DNA from: a virus
Lineage: Duplodnaviria; Caudoviricetes
Strand: one strand, 5' to 3'
Length of the DNA: 27,961 nt
IMG/VR virus record: IMGVR_UViG_3300024287_000087
Location: 1-27,961 of that record
The notes under the pieces were generated by a model, which worked only from the letters and a program-made list of their open reading frames with translations, searched no databases and was not told where the DNA came from. The position numbers and the translations under genes are program-made. The stretch's first letter is position 1; every line of letters starts with the position of its first letter. Positions 18,369-26,612 of this stretch are shown one piece after another.

Positions 18369-19759
18369 GTAGTGCAAATGATATACAGGGCCGCAATTGC
18401 ATATTTCAGATGAAGATAGATGACGCATACATGGATGTTTTATGCGCCAAGACATTCAGCATTAACCGTACTTACGAACTTAAAGAGACAACTACCGTTC
18501 TAAGCGGATTTGACAAAGAATTTAGACCGCGTAAAAAATCTTATACTATATCTTATAACGGGGTTGTGCAGACAGTTGCTGAAGATAACAAGCCTACCAT
18601 AAAGACGCTGTTTGATTACGGCGAGGGTTTTCTACCGGTGTCATACCGGTTAATATATGAAGATAATAGCGGCAATGTGATGGTGATTACTGGTATTGTT
18701 TATTTGAGTAGTGCAATACTCAATGCTAATCCGATAAACTTACTTGATGGAACAATTGAGATGACCGGCAACGGCCCGATCGAACTATCTGACGTAGTTC
18801 CAGATTTAGCAAACATCAATATTATTAGTGAAGGCGACAACTCAATTGATGCAGTGTTCCAGTTTAAATTATTCAATTCAGATGGGGATATTGTTTTCGA
18901 CTCAGGGCAATTGCCACAGGCGAGCGGTGGCAACCTGACCCATCCTGTTAATGTAACGGGCCAGGTGCAAAGGGGCAGCTATTCAATTTTCTGGCAATCT
19001 TTATGTCAGAGTATCGGAAATGCATTCGAATTGGATGCGCCTCCTACTAAGTCTGCAATATTTGATGACACCCTGACGAATGAAAGTACATACGGAGTTC
19101 AGGAATACGATTTTACGGCAAACAGGACCGCAACATTTACGTTAGGAGTACCAACGCCGCCGCCCTCATGCGTACCGCCCGGATTTGTTTCTGGTCTGAA
19201 CAACCCTACCGCAACCGTTGGATCGTACTGGATTGGAACGGTTGTACTTTCCGGTTCTCAACCATTCACAATTTCTGATGTAACGAAACCCAGCTGGATG
19301 AGTTATTCACTGAGTGGAAATATCCTGACATTTGAAGGCAATCCGGAAGCCGGCATCGATCAGGAAATTTCATTCGATGTAACTAACGCCTGCGGTTCTA
19401 ACACTTATACGGATAGTATAGATGTGTCCAGTAATCCGGACGGCATTACAATGACCGCAAATTATACCGAGGACGCGACACCGCCAGCAAGTATATGTGC
19501 ATTCAGGCTCTACATTAATGCGGTGTTATTCTATGCGTTTGGATCGAACAACTCAGGAACGGCAGTAATAAATCCGGGCGATGTGGTCGAAGTGCAGGTT
19601 ACCGGGCCAATATCAGCAATTAAACATATAGACGTGCAGGATACAATTGATGGTGAAATACACAACCAAACGTCATCGGGTATACCTACATTGACATATT
19701 CATTCACAGCCGTTATAGGACATGATTATACAATTAACGCAAGTGCAGAAAATCCATAG
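18365..19759 (+). CDS. Tail-tube-like domain fused to Ig-like domains (464 aa)
   Basis: The first ~140 aa resemble a tube protein (CAKTFSINR..ETTT..TISYNGV..IEMTGNGPI). A Pro linker PTPPPSCVPP precedes an Ig-like KPSWMSYS..LTFEGNP..FDVTNACGS segment. Confidence 0.65.
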   Translation: MSSANDIQGRNCIFQMKIDDAYMDVLCAKTFSINRTYELKETTTVLSGFDKEFRPRKKSYTISYNGVVQTVAEDNKPTIKTLFDYGEGFLPVSYRLIYEDNSGNVMVITGIVYLSSAILNANPINLLDGTIEMTGNGPIELSDVVPDLANINIISEGDNSIDAVFQFKLFNSDGDIVFDSGQLPQASGGNLTHPVNVTGQVQRGSYSIFWQSLCQSIGNAFELDAPPTKSAIFDDTLTNESTYGVQEYDFTANRTATFTLGVPTPPPSCVPPGFVSGLNNPTATVGSYWIGTVVLSGSQPFTISDVTKPSWMSYSLSGNILTFEGNPEAGIDQEISFDVTNACGSNTYTDSIDVSSNPDGITMTANYTEDATPPASICAFRLYINAVLFYAFGSNNSGTAVINPGDVVEVQVTGPISAIKHIDVQDTIDGEIHNQTSSGIPTLTYSFTAVIGHDYTINASAENP

Positions 19760-19762
19760 AAA

Positions 19763-22192
19763 ATGAAATATCTAATAAGCATATTGTTGTTATCGATAGT
19801 ATTCACAGCAAAAGCCCAGTTTACAGGCACAGATTCTCTGCGCAATTATAATAACAAGTATATAACGAATAACGCAGCTACATCATTCACCAATCTCCGG
19901 CTGAATACACTGCTTCGCGGCATGATTGACTGGATAGATACGGCCAGGGCAGGCACCGGTGGCGGTGGTGCGTTAGGAGTTGATACGTTGTGGGCATTGA
20001 ATGATAGCACTATCAGGTACCGAAAAAATGGAGTGTTCAGAAATGTAATTATAAAAGGGGTGTACGACACGAGGAAAAAAGTAGACACAATGTACAAGGT
20101 GAATGACACCACCATCGGATTCACAATTAATGGTATAGCAAGATCGATAATAATTCCAGGTCGTCATTACATTGACTCCATATATCGAAAATCCGGTCAG
20201 GATTCTATTTTCTATAGAAAGGAGGGTATTGAATATAGTATAAAAGACTCAACCGGCGGCGGCGGCTCCGGATCGGCATTAGATTGGGTGAATGTTGTTG
20301 ACTTCGGCGCTGATACAACAGGTGCCACCAATTCAACTACAGCAATCCAAAATGCATTCAATTCCCTTGGTGCAGGCCGACCTAAAATTGTTTATTTCCC
20401 ATCTGGAACGTATCTCACATCCGGTAATATCCATGTGCCATCATGTAGAATAATTGGAGTGTCTGGAACTAATGCGATGGGATTTGATGCGCCTCAGGGA
20501 AATAGAACTTTTAAATTTGATGGGACAAAAATCTTATGCAACAGCGCAACTAACGATCTATTTATTTTTGACAGCTCTGGAACAATTATAGAGAACTGCG
20601 CATTGATCAATACCGCAGCTACTACGCCGTCAGCCGGCGCTGGCATTAAAAGCATGAAGCCATCGACTAAAATTCTCCACTGCGCAATCAGTGGGTTCTA
20701 TGATAATGTATGGCTGGATGAGAGCCCAGAGTACTTCATCAATGATGTATTTTTTAGCCAATACGTTAGGTATGGGGTGTATCATCGCACGTTCATCGAG
20801 CCGGATGCGGGGGATCAATGTATTGCAAATTCCTGGTTTTACCCCCGGAAATATAACGCACAAGCAGGCATTCATATCGAAAGCGGCGGCGGTATTAAAC
20901 TTTCAAATTTAAAGTTCAATGCAAATAGTGTTGATACATTAGGGGTCGATTGCATCCAATTGGTAATGGACAATGTAACGACTTCTGATTTACTGATAAC
21001 AAACTGTAGCCTCGAAAACTATTCAGGCAAAGGCATCTCAATCAAAACAATAAATAGCGGGGCCTTTTACCATATAGTTATAAATGGAAACCAGTTCGCT
21101 CCCAACAGCGCGGATGCTGATGCTATTTTCATCGACGGCAGTGCAGGGACGATTCGGGACGTAGCCATAACGGGGAATGCTATTGGTAATGCAGATACAG
21201 CAGTGTATCTAAATTCCATTGAAAGCCCTTCATTAGTCGGGAATGTATTCGATGTAGTTAATGCTGACATAGTTACGGTTAACACATCTGAATCAGTACA
21301 GCTAAATTGGACAAAGTTAAGTGTCAACCCTAATCCTTTCATCGTAAAGAGGTCGTTAGCAGCTGACATGTATAACGTGTTAAAGAATAATTCAAGTAGC
21401 GGAAGCGCTACCGCTGGGTATAGGCTAGTCAACAGCGGTAATGAATACATGCATCTGGGACTAGGATCTAGCTCATACAACGGTTCGAGCGCCTATTTAA
21501 GCACCAGCGCCAGCGGGTCTAACATCGGGTTTTACCCCAATTTAACTGAGGCGTTATGGATGGATAAAGACACTGTTAGGATATCATCACCCAAAGGTTT
21601 GTTCCTTCGAAATGGGAACGACTATACGACCTTTCAAAATCTTGGCGGTGCGTTATTAATTAGTAGTAATGCATATTTCGACGGGTCGAACTGGCAAAGG
21701 TTCAAGACCTCGGACGGGTCATGGAATCATTATCAAGACCCAGGATCTGATGCGTTTATAATTCGTAGAACAGCTGCGGGGGCTGGAACGATCACATGGA
21801 GCGAGAAATTTAAAATTACAGGCGCTGGAGCAGTTACTATAAATAACGCATATACGTTACCAACTAGCGATGGAAGTGGCGGTCAAGTAATGGCTACTAA
21901 CGGAAGTGGGAGCATTTCCTTTTCAACACTAGTACTTAAAGGCTCCACCACCTGGCAGCCGGGAACGGTCGCAGCGGGTAACAGCGCAACGACAACAGTA
22001 ACAGTAACAGGTGCCGCAACAACTGATGTAGTGCATGTTAATAAGGTAACAGGCGGGTATTCTAATGGTGAAATATACGACGCGTGGGTATCATCTACTA
22101 ATACTGTAACCATACGAGTACACAATGTAAGTACTGGATCGGCGAATTATAATACAACGGAAACGTATAATGTGATTGTTCTTAAGTACTGA
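19763..22192 (+). CDS. Tailspike/fibre-like parallel beta-helix (pectate lyase 3-like) protein with an N-terminal Sec signal peptide
   Basis: Signal MKYLISILLLSIVFTAKA|Q, beta-helix start WVNVVDFGAD..TTAIQNA..IVYFPSGTY, I.GN repeats and a fibre-like YTLPTSDGSGGQVMATNGSG segment. Confidence 0.8.
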   Translation: MKYLISILLLSIVFTAKAQFTGTDSLRNYNNKYITNNAATSFTNLRLNTLLRGMIDWIDTARAGTGGGGALGVDTLWALNDSTIRYRKNGVFRNVIIKGVYDTRKKVDTMYKVNDTTIGFTINGIARSIIIPGRHYIDSIYRKSGQDSIFYRKEGIEYSIKDSTGGGGSGSALDWVNVVDFGADTTGATNSTTAIQNAFNSLGAGRPKIVYFPSGTYLTSGNIHVPSCRIIGVSGTNAMGFDAPQGNRTFKFDGTKILCNSATNDLFIFDSSGTIIENCALINTAATTPSAGAGIKSMKPSTKILHCAISGFYDNVWLDESPEYFINDVFFSQYVRYGVYHRTFIEPDAGDQCIANSWFYPRKYNAQAGIHIESGGGIKLSNLKFNANSVDTLGVDCIQLVMDNVTTSDLLITNCSLENYSGKGISIKTINSGAFYHIVINGNQFAPNSADADAIFIDGSAGTIRDVAITGNAIGNADTAVYLNSIESPSLVGNVFDVVNADIVTVNTSESVQLNWTKLSVNPNPFIVKRSLAADMYNVLKNNSSSGSATAGYRLVNSGNEYMHLGLGSSSYNGSSAYLSTSASGSNIGFYPNLTEALWMDKDTVRISSPKGLFLRNGNDYTTFQNLGGALLISSNAYFDGSNWQRFKTSDGSWNHYQDPGSDAFIIRRTAAGAGTITWSEKFKITGAGAVTINNAYTLPTSDGSGGQVMATNGSGSISFSTLVLKGSTTWQPGTVAAGNSATTTVTVTGAATTDVVHVNKVTGGYSNGEIYDAWVSSTNTVTIRVHNVSTGSANYNTTETYNVIVLKY

Positions 22193-22265
22193 TCATTAAC
22201 CAAGCCATTACCATCATCCCCTGAAAACTATTCCTAACCCGACCCGACTTTTAAATCGGATCAAA

Positions 22266-22478
22266 ATGCCACACAGAATGATTGAGCCTAATGGCGGGAA
22301 CTACGGTTCAGTGTATGGTACAATAGCAACTGTATTCCTATATGCTGTATCCCGATTTGGACTAAGTGATCTTGCTGCTTTTGCTGCAATATTCGCGGGT
22401 CTAACAACGGGGGCGTATAACATTTACAAGTTTATTAACGACCGAAAAAACAAAACGGATGGCAACCCTAAGCATTAA
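22266..22478 (+). CDS. Small membrane protein, holin candidate
   Basis: 70 aa, one or two hydrophobic segments, basic C-terminus; first gene of the lysis region. Confidence 0.6.
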   Translation: MPHRMIEPNGGNYGSVYGTIATVFLYAVSRFGLSDLAAFAAIFAGLTTGAYNIYKFINDRKNKTDGNPKH

Positions 22479-22707
22479 AAACGCAAAGCACCCCGCGCCA
22501 AAGTGGTTCAGGAAGTTAAAGAATTTTATCCTGGGTCTTGCCCTGGTTGGTAATGGCATGATTGCGGGTTACACTTTCAAGGATGAACTTACAAAAACCC
22601 GCGTTCAGCTGTGGGCAACGGTTGGGATCGTTGGCATTATGGATGCCCTTGAAAAACTACTCAAAGATGATGGGGAAGATGAAACAGAACAAAAGGAGGT
22701 AGCATGA
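22459..22707 (+). CDS. Small two-TM membrane protein, holin/antiholin candidate
   Basis: Basic N-terminus PAPKWFRKLK, two hydrophobic segments, acidic tail. Confidence 0.6.
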   Translation: MATLSIKNAKHPAPKWFRKLKNFILGLALVGNGMIAGYTFKDELTKTRVQLWATVGIVGIMDALEKLLKDDGEDETEQKEVA

Positions 22708-23342
22708 AAAAGAACATCACCATAATTGCACTGATTGCAGTAATAGCGGCTATCCTGCTTTACTTTATCACGCATGAACCGAAGCCAGTGGATAGCCACA
22801 AAGATGATTATGAGCGGGCGGTAGCTGACAACAAAGCGTTCAATCTACATTCTGATTTAATGCAAAATGTAATTGATAGCCTGGAAACCGTCGGCCATGC
22901 AAAAGATAGCGTTATAGCTGCGCTGAAGGCTGATAAAAAGGTTACGCAGAAGCAGGCGGATAAATACGCCGTGGAAGCTGTGCGCCTCGCTAAAGAGGTT
23001 AAGGAGCTTTCAAAACTAGATACATCGGCGCTGGCGCGTAAAGCCGATAGCCTGGCCGAAGCCGCTATGAACTTTGAATTTCTCTACAATCAATATAAAA
23101 CATACGGTGACAGCCTAACGATTAAGATGGAGCAACAGGCAGATGACTTTTTGCATGCACTGGATGAGCAAAGGCGGTTGTACAATGAACTTAAGCAGAT
23201 GTACGATGGGCTGATGAAAGCATATACTGACCTGTTCAAAGATGTAGGGAAGTTGCAAAAGACCATTCGGCGCGAACGATTAAAAACAAAGATCGCGGCT
23301 TTGCTGGCGTTAATCGCTGGCGGCGCGGCGGTGGTAAAATAA
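22704..23342 (+). CDS. Membrane-anchored coiled-coil protein, spanin candidate
   Basis: N-terminal TM segment, long coiled coil and hydrophobic C-terminus; lies in the lysis module. Confidence 0.55.
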   Translation: MKKNITIIALIAVIAAILLYFITHEPKPVDSHKDDYERAVADNKAFNLHSDLMQNVIDSLETVGHAKDSVIAALKADKKVTQKQADKYAVEAVRLAKEVKELSKLDTSALARKADSLAEAAMNFEFLYNQYKTYGDSLTIKMEQQADDFLHALDEQRRLYNELKQMYDGLMKAYTDLFKDVGKLQKTIRRERLKTKIAALLALIAGGAAVVK

Positions 23343-23365
23343 TTATTCAATCAAAAACAATTTAT

Positions 23366-23701
23366 ATGTCAAACAAATCAGACAAACCTTTTGCATTAAA
23401 AGTTATAATCGTTTGCTTATTGGCAATCATCGTCTCATATTTACTGTTGGCTTATTTCTCTCACCAGGTTGCTGGTAACTTTCATAATGCCGTCTATGTT
23501 GCGGGGGTAGTAGTATTGATAATTCTCTTTGCCTTCAGCGCTAATTGGGCTTACAAGGCAGCAGACGGCGTTAACGATAATCTGTCTCGGGCTGTAGTTA
23601 TTGCCTTAACGGTGGCATTCATCGGTTGGGCTTGCGGCTGGGTGGCTGGTAGTAATGAAAAAGTCGAAAAGGGATCTCCGCAATTAGAGCAAGTTCTATG
23701 A
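23366..23701 (+). CDS. Three-TM membrane protein, hypothetical
   Basis: Three clear hydrophobic stretches and an A-rich start context. Confidence 0.7.
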   Translation: MSNKSDKPFALKVIIVCLLAIIVSYLLLAYFSHQVAGNFHNAVYVAGVVVLIILFAFSANWAYKAADGVNDNLSRAVVIALTVAFIGWACGWVAGSNEKVEKGSPQLEQVL

Positions 23702-24240
23702 CCTGTCACATCCCCAAAGGCTGGCACTACCCATTGCCGCCATCCACCTGGTTATCCCGTAACAAAAATGAGTTCGCCCAAGAGGTGACCTTTTACGACT
23801 CCTGCCGCTACGATCTCGGCACCGTTGATCAGGGCGACACAAATAAGCTGTTTGGATTCGCCTACTTAAGAAGCATCTACCGGCCGGCGGGCGTGAAATG
23901 GTGGCAGCTCTGGAACTACCAGCATGGCGAGAGCGCCCGGTTCGGTTGGCGGTATATTATCGAGACTAGCATGTGGGAACTATCGGCCTATTGTCATGTC
24001 AACAGGCAGAGTGTAATTATTCCGATCTGCTCAGTGCCTGTACGAACCGGTTACATCACACAGATAGTAATTGAAGACGGCCATTATATTTTTCGGGTGT
24101 ACAGGAATATGTACAGAGTTGGGGGCTGTAGCGTTGCCTTTACCCATGGCCTTAAATGGCAGGCACAGCTGGGGCCGTACTTCGGTGGTAACCGAAAGGC
24201 GCCACATCGAATGAAAATCAGATTATGGGAAATATGGTGA
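23698..24240 (+). CDS. Hypothetical aromatic-rich beta protein (180 aa)
   Basis: ATGA-coupled to the upstream gene; contains DTNKLFGF, SARFGWRY and PYFGGN. Confidence 0.7.
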   Translation: MTCHIPKGWHYPLPPSTWLSRNKNEFAQEVTFYDSCRYDLGTVDQGDTNKLFGFAYLRSIYRPAGVKWWQLWNYQHGESARFGWRYIIETSMWELSAYCHVNRQSVIIPICSVPVRTGYITQIVIEDGHYIFRVYRNMYRVGGCSVAFTHGLKWQAQLGPYFGGNRKAPHRMKIRLWEIW

Positions 24241-24431
24241 TCACCAATACATATCTCCCTGGCGGCAAGTATTGCGCCTTTACTTCTGACCCGGAAAGTA
24301 AGGATTTTAGAAAGTGGCCTGATGAAAAGGGCGCGCAGCCACGGGATATGAGTATTGGCTATTTCGATCATGAGGTACACGGCAGGTTACATGTGTTCCC
24401 AACCAAATTATTAATAAGACAATCAAAATGA
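24225..24431 (+). CDS. Small hypothetical protein
   Basis: Overlaps both neighbours; ATGA overlap with the endolysin start. Confidence 0.55.
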   Translation: MGNMVITNTYLPGGKYCAFTSDPESKDFRKWPDEKGAQPRDMSIGYFDHEVHGRLHVFPTKLLIRQSK

Positions 24432-25048
24432 TAATCCGAAAATACTTCTTTGATACAATACGGGAACCTTTATTCCATGGCGCCCTCACTCAATCACAAG
24501 TCTGGGGCATGGAAGCCATCTTGTTGGAATGGGATATGCAGCAATTGACAGATCTGCGCTGGCTGGCATATATCCTTGCTACCGCATATCATGAGACAGC
24601 GAAGACGATGCAGCCAATCGAAGAATATGGAAAAGGTAAAGGGCATGACTACGGAAAGAAATTAAAGATGGGCGACGGGCCACGCAAGCGGGTGCCGTAC
24701 GAAATGCCTGATAAACTGTACTACGGCCGGGGCCTGACCCAAAATACCTGGTATGAAAACTACCAGAGGCTGACCCAAGGCGCCAGGATCCAGGGCAAGG
24801 ATTGGGATTTCCTGAACCATCCAGAACTGCTATTGCAGATGGAACCTTCAATATGGGCAACCTTTTTTGCAATACGCACGGGGTTGTACACCGGAAAAAA
24901 GTTATCTCAGTATTTCAATGAAAAAGTAGAAGATTGGATAAATGCCCGAAAGATTATTAACGGGCTGGATTGTGCGGAAAAAATTGCAGACTATGCGAAG
25001 GTATTCTATGAGGCCGTGAAGGGGCCAGTGGTTGAACCTGCTACCTAA
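24428..25048 (+). CDS. Endolysin, glycoside hydrolase family 19 (chitinase/lysozyme-like)
   Basis: Motifs LAYILATAYHET..MQPIEE, YYGRGLTQNTW.ENY and ARKIING.D.A. Confidence 0.88.
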   Translation: MIIRKYFFDTIREPLFHGALTQSQVWGMEAILLEWDMQQLTDLRWLAYILATAYHETAKTMQPIEEYGKGKGHDYGKKLKMGDGPRKRVPYEMPDKLYYGRGLTQNTWYENYQRLTQGARIQGKDWDFLNHPELLLQMEPSIWATFFAIRTGLYTGKKLSQYFNEKVEDWINARKIINGLDCAEKIADYAKVFYEAVKGPVVEPAT

Positions 25049-25093
25049 CTACAGTACTCTTTGATTGATGCATATAGCATGTAGTTTTGATCG

Positions 25094-25115
25094 GGCCCGG
25101 TAGTCTTGCCGGGCC
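25094..25115 (+). terminator. GC-rich hairpin downstream of the endolysin (possible end of the late transcript)
   Basis: GGCCCGGTA-gtct-TGCCGGGCC; lacks a strong U-tract. Confidence 0.45.
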
Positions 25116-25154
25116 TCTAATAAATCTCTAATAGGCTCTAATAAATTATTAGAG
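25115..25154. repeat. Three direct CTCTAATA octamers plus one inverted copy
   Basis: Copies at 25115, 25126 and 25136; inverted TATTAGAG at 25147-25154. Confidence 0.85.
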
Positions 25155-25168
25155 GGAGCGTATTAGGT

Positions 25169-25194
25169 ATGTTGACGCAAAATTGCGTTAACAT
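25169..25194. promoter_or_regulatory. Near-perfect 26-bp palindrome, operator-like
   Basis: ATGTTGACGCAA-aa-TTGCGTTAACAT (11 of 12 arm positions match). Confidence 0.55.
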
Positions 25195-25247
25195 TAAATT
25201 TCAATAAATTAGAGGGCTTAAAATTGAGCTCTCCTCAAATAAATATT

Positions 25248-25508
25248 ATGACAGTAAAAGAATTGAAAGAAAAGTTGGCCGATGCGCCTGATGATCTGGA
25301 AGTAATGGTAGAGGTGCCAAATCACCTTAAACCCGGCATGTTTGCGTTTGCGCCAGCGTGCTCATGCGACACCGGCGTATCTGAGTTAGGGGCCGATGAA
25401 GATGGAACCGGTGGCGGTGAAAGTGTTTTTCTGGTGTTGCCTCATGGTACAGGTGTACCGGAAGATGAGATTGATGACATAGATAATCAAAGCCCTGAGC
25501 TTAATTAA
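25248..25508 (+). CDS. Small acidic phage hypothetical protein (start moved to ATG 25248)
   Basis: MTVKELKEKLADAPDDLEV is a common phage small-protein N-terminus; AT-rich context before the ATG. Confidence 0.75.
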   Translation: MTVKELKEKLADAPDDLEVMVEVPNHLKPGMFAFAPACSCDTGVSELGADEDGTGGGESVFLVLPHGTGVPEDEIDDIDNQSPELN

Positions 25509-25543
25509 TACCTCTTTTTTAAACCCCTGGGTGCGGGGAAGGT

Positions 25544-25574
25544 AGGCCCCTGCGAAAGTGGGGGCTTTAATTTT
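25544..25574 (+). terminator. Intrinsic terminator between convergent genes
   Basis: AGGCCCCTGC-GAAA-GTGGGGGCTT followed by TAATTTT; GNRA loop. Confidence 0.7.
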
Positions 25575-25911
25575 AAAAGGGTAGGTCGGCGGCGGATTGC
25601 AAAAGACTGCCAGTTAAGATGTAGTACAATTCCTTAAGATGCTTTACGGGCATCACGCCGCGGAGGTCATTATTCCATAAGATTACACAATCATCTTTGT
25701 GTCGCGGCCTGCTCAATTCGCCCTCCCGTAAATAGAGGTAATCACCCGCAAATGATAATTGCTTTAAATGACTTTCTGGCCACGGGCTAATGCACTTGTT
25801 CCAGGCATTGAAGCCATCTTTCTTAAATCCAAGGTCTTTTAACTTATCCGGCGTTACTCGGTCGTCATCGGTGAACCGGGGATCAAACCTAAGTTGTTCG
25901 GTTGGATTCAT
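25573..25911 (-). CDS. Hypothetical phage protein (112 aa)
   Basis: TPDKLKDLGF and VKHLKELYYILTG resemble YopX-adjacent small phage proteins; tandem minus-strand packing. Confidence 0.75.
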   Translation of the reverse strand: MNPTEQLRFDPRFTDDDRVTPDKLKDLGFKKDGFNAWNKCISPWPESHLKQLSFAGDYLYLREGELSRPRHKDDCVILWNNDLRGVMPVKHLKELYYILTGSLLQSAADLPF

Positions 25912-25942
25912 CTTCTTTCGCCGTACCGTCGCGGCGTGCGGG

Positions 25943-26365
25943 TTATGCTGCTTGTTTTAATTTTTTATGTCTTTTATTCCATAGGTCAACCAGCTTGTTA
26001 GTGCCAGCCATCAACTCATTATACCTGCCTACAAGTGAATTGCTTTCGCGTACTAACTCATTGTGCTTCTTTATATCATTGCCGGTTGTGCTGCGGTACC
26101 GGCTATTTAAACGGATCTGCCAGGACAGCTTGTCGATCTTATAATTTAATTCAGCAGCTTCTATCTGCGCGCCTTCGCTTATGAATGCTCCGAAAAGTGC
26201 AGTCATGTAATTAGAGTAACGCAGGGTATTGCCGTTGAAAAAAGTATAAAGCAGGCAGTTCTTTTTTCTACGATACAGGCCATGCAGGTTATGACCTCGC
26301 AAAGCTAATTCAAAGGTGGCCTTATCGGTATTATCAATGATATAGTTTAATATTTCGTCGCGCAT
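25943..26365 (-). CDS. Hypothetical protein with a C-terminal coiled coil (140 aa)
   Basis: ATG start and tandem arrangement with neighbours. Confidence 0.7.
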   Translation of the reverse strand: MRDEILNYIIDNTDKATFELALRGHNLHGLYRRKKNCLLYTFFNGNTLRYSNYMTALFGAFISEGAQIEAAELNYKIDKLSWQIRLNSRYRSTTGNDIKKHNELVRESNSLVGRYNELMAGTNKLVDLWNKRHKKLKQAA

Positions 26366-26393
26366 ACTTTCCCGGCTCCTATCCGGGTGGTGA

Positions 26394-26612
26394 TTATGGT
26401 TTGATTAAAGTTGATTTAAGCCCATATTTCTTAAGTACAGCAACAATTGCGGGCCAATGCTTTTCGGGTATCTCCCGGCCTCTCTGAGCTTGTGAAATGG
26501 TGGTAAATGGGATAACGGCCTCTTCTTCCAGCTTCTTAATATTCAGCGCTGGCCGCTCGTCGAGCCATGCAACCAGCAATTCAGTTTTAGTTTTCTTCTG
26601 CGTCTTTTGCAT
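26394..26612 (-). CDS. Small HTH-like DNA-binding protein (start probably ATG 26612)
   Basis: LNIKKLEEEAVIPFTTISQAQRGREIP resembles a Cro/XRE helix-turn-helix. Confidence 0.6.
   Translation of the reverse strand: MQKTQKKTKTELLVAWLDERPALNIKKLEEEAVIPFTTISQAQRGREIPEKHWPAIVAVLKKYGLKSTLIKP

Noticed and set aside
19763-22265. Diversity-generating retroelement or invertible tail-fibre cassette
   Set aside because: No reverse transcriptase, invertase or duplicated template/variable region was seen by eye in this window.
551-24872. Numerous 60-200 aa antisense or alternate-frame ORFs inside the structural genes (e.g. 15186..15797, 21067..21480, 3746..4144)
   Set aside because: They are fully nested in well-supported + strand genes, carry no motifs and look like shadow ORFs.
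25115-25214. CRISPR mini-array
   Set aside because: The repeats are 8 bp with 2-3 nt gaps, there are no spacer-length units and there are no cas genes.
25510-25572. Possible structured ncRNA or tRNA in the convergent intergenic gap
   Set aside because: It is explained by a terminator hairpin plus a weak 4-bp stem; no cloverleaf or recognisable RNA family motif.
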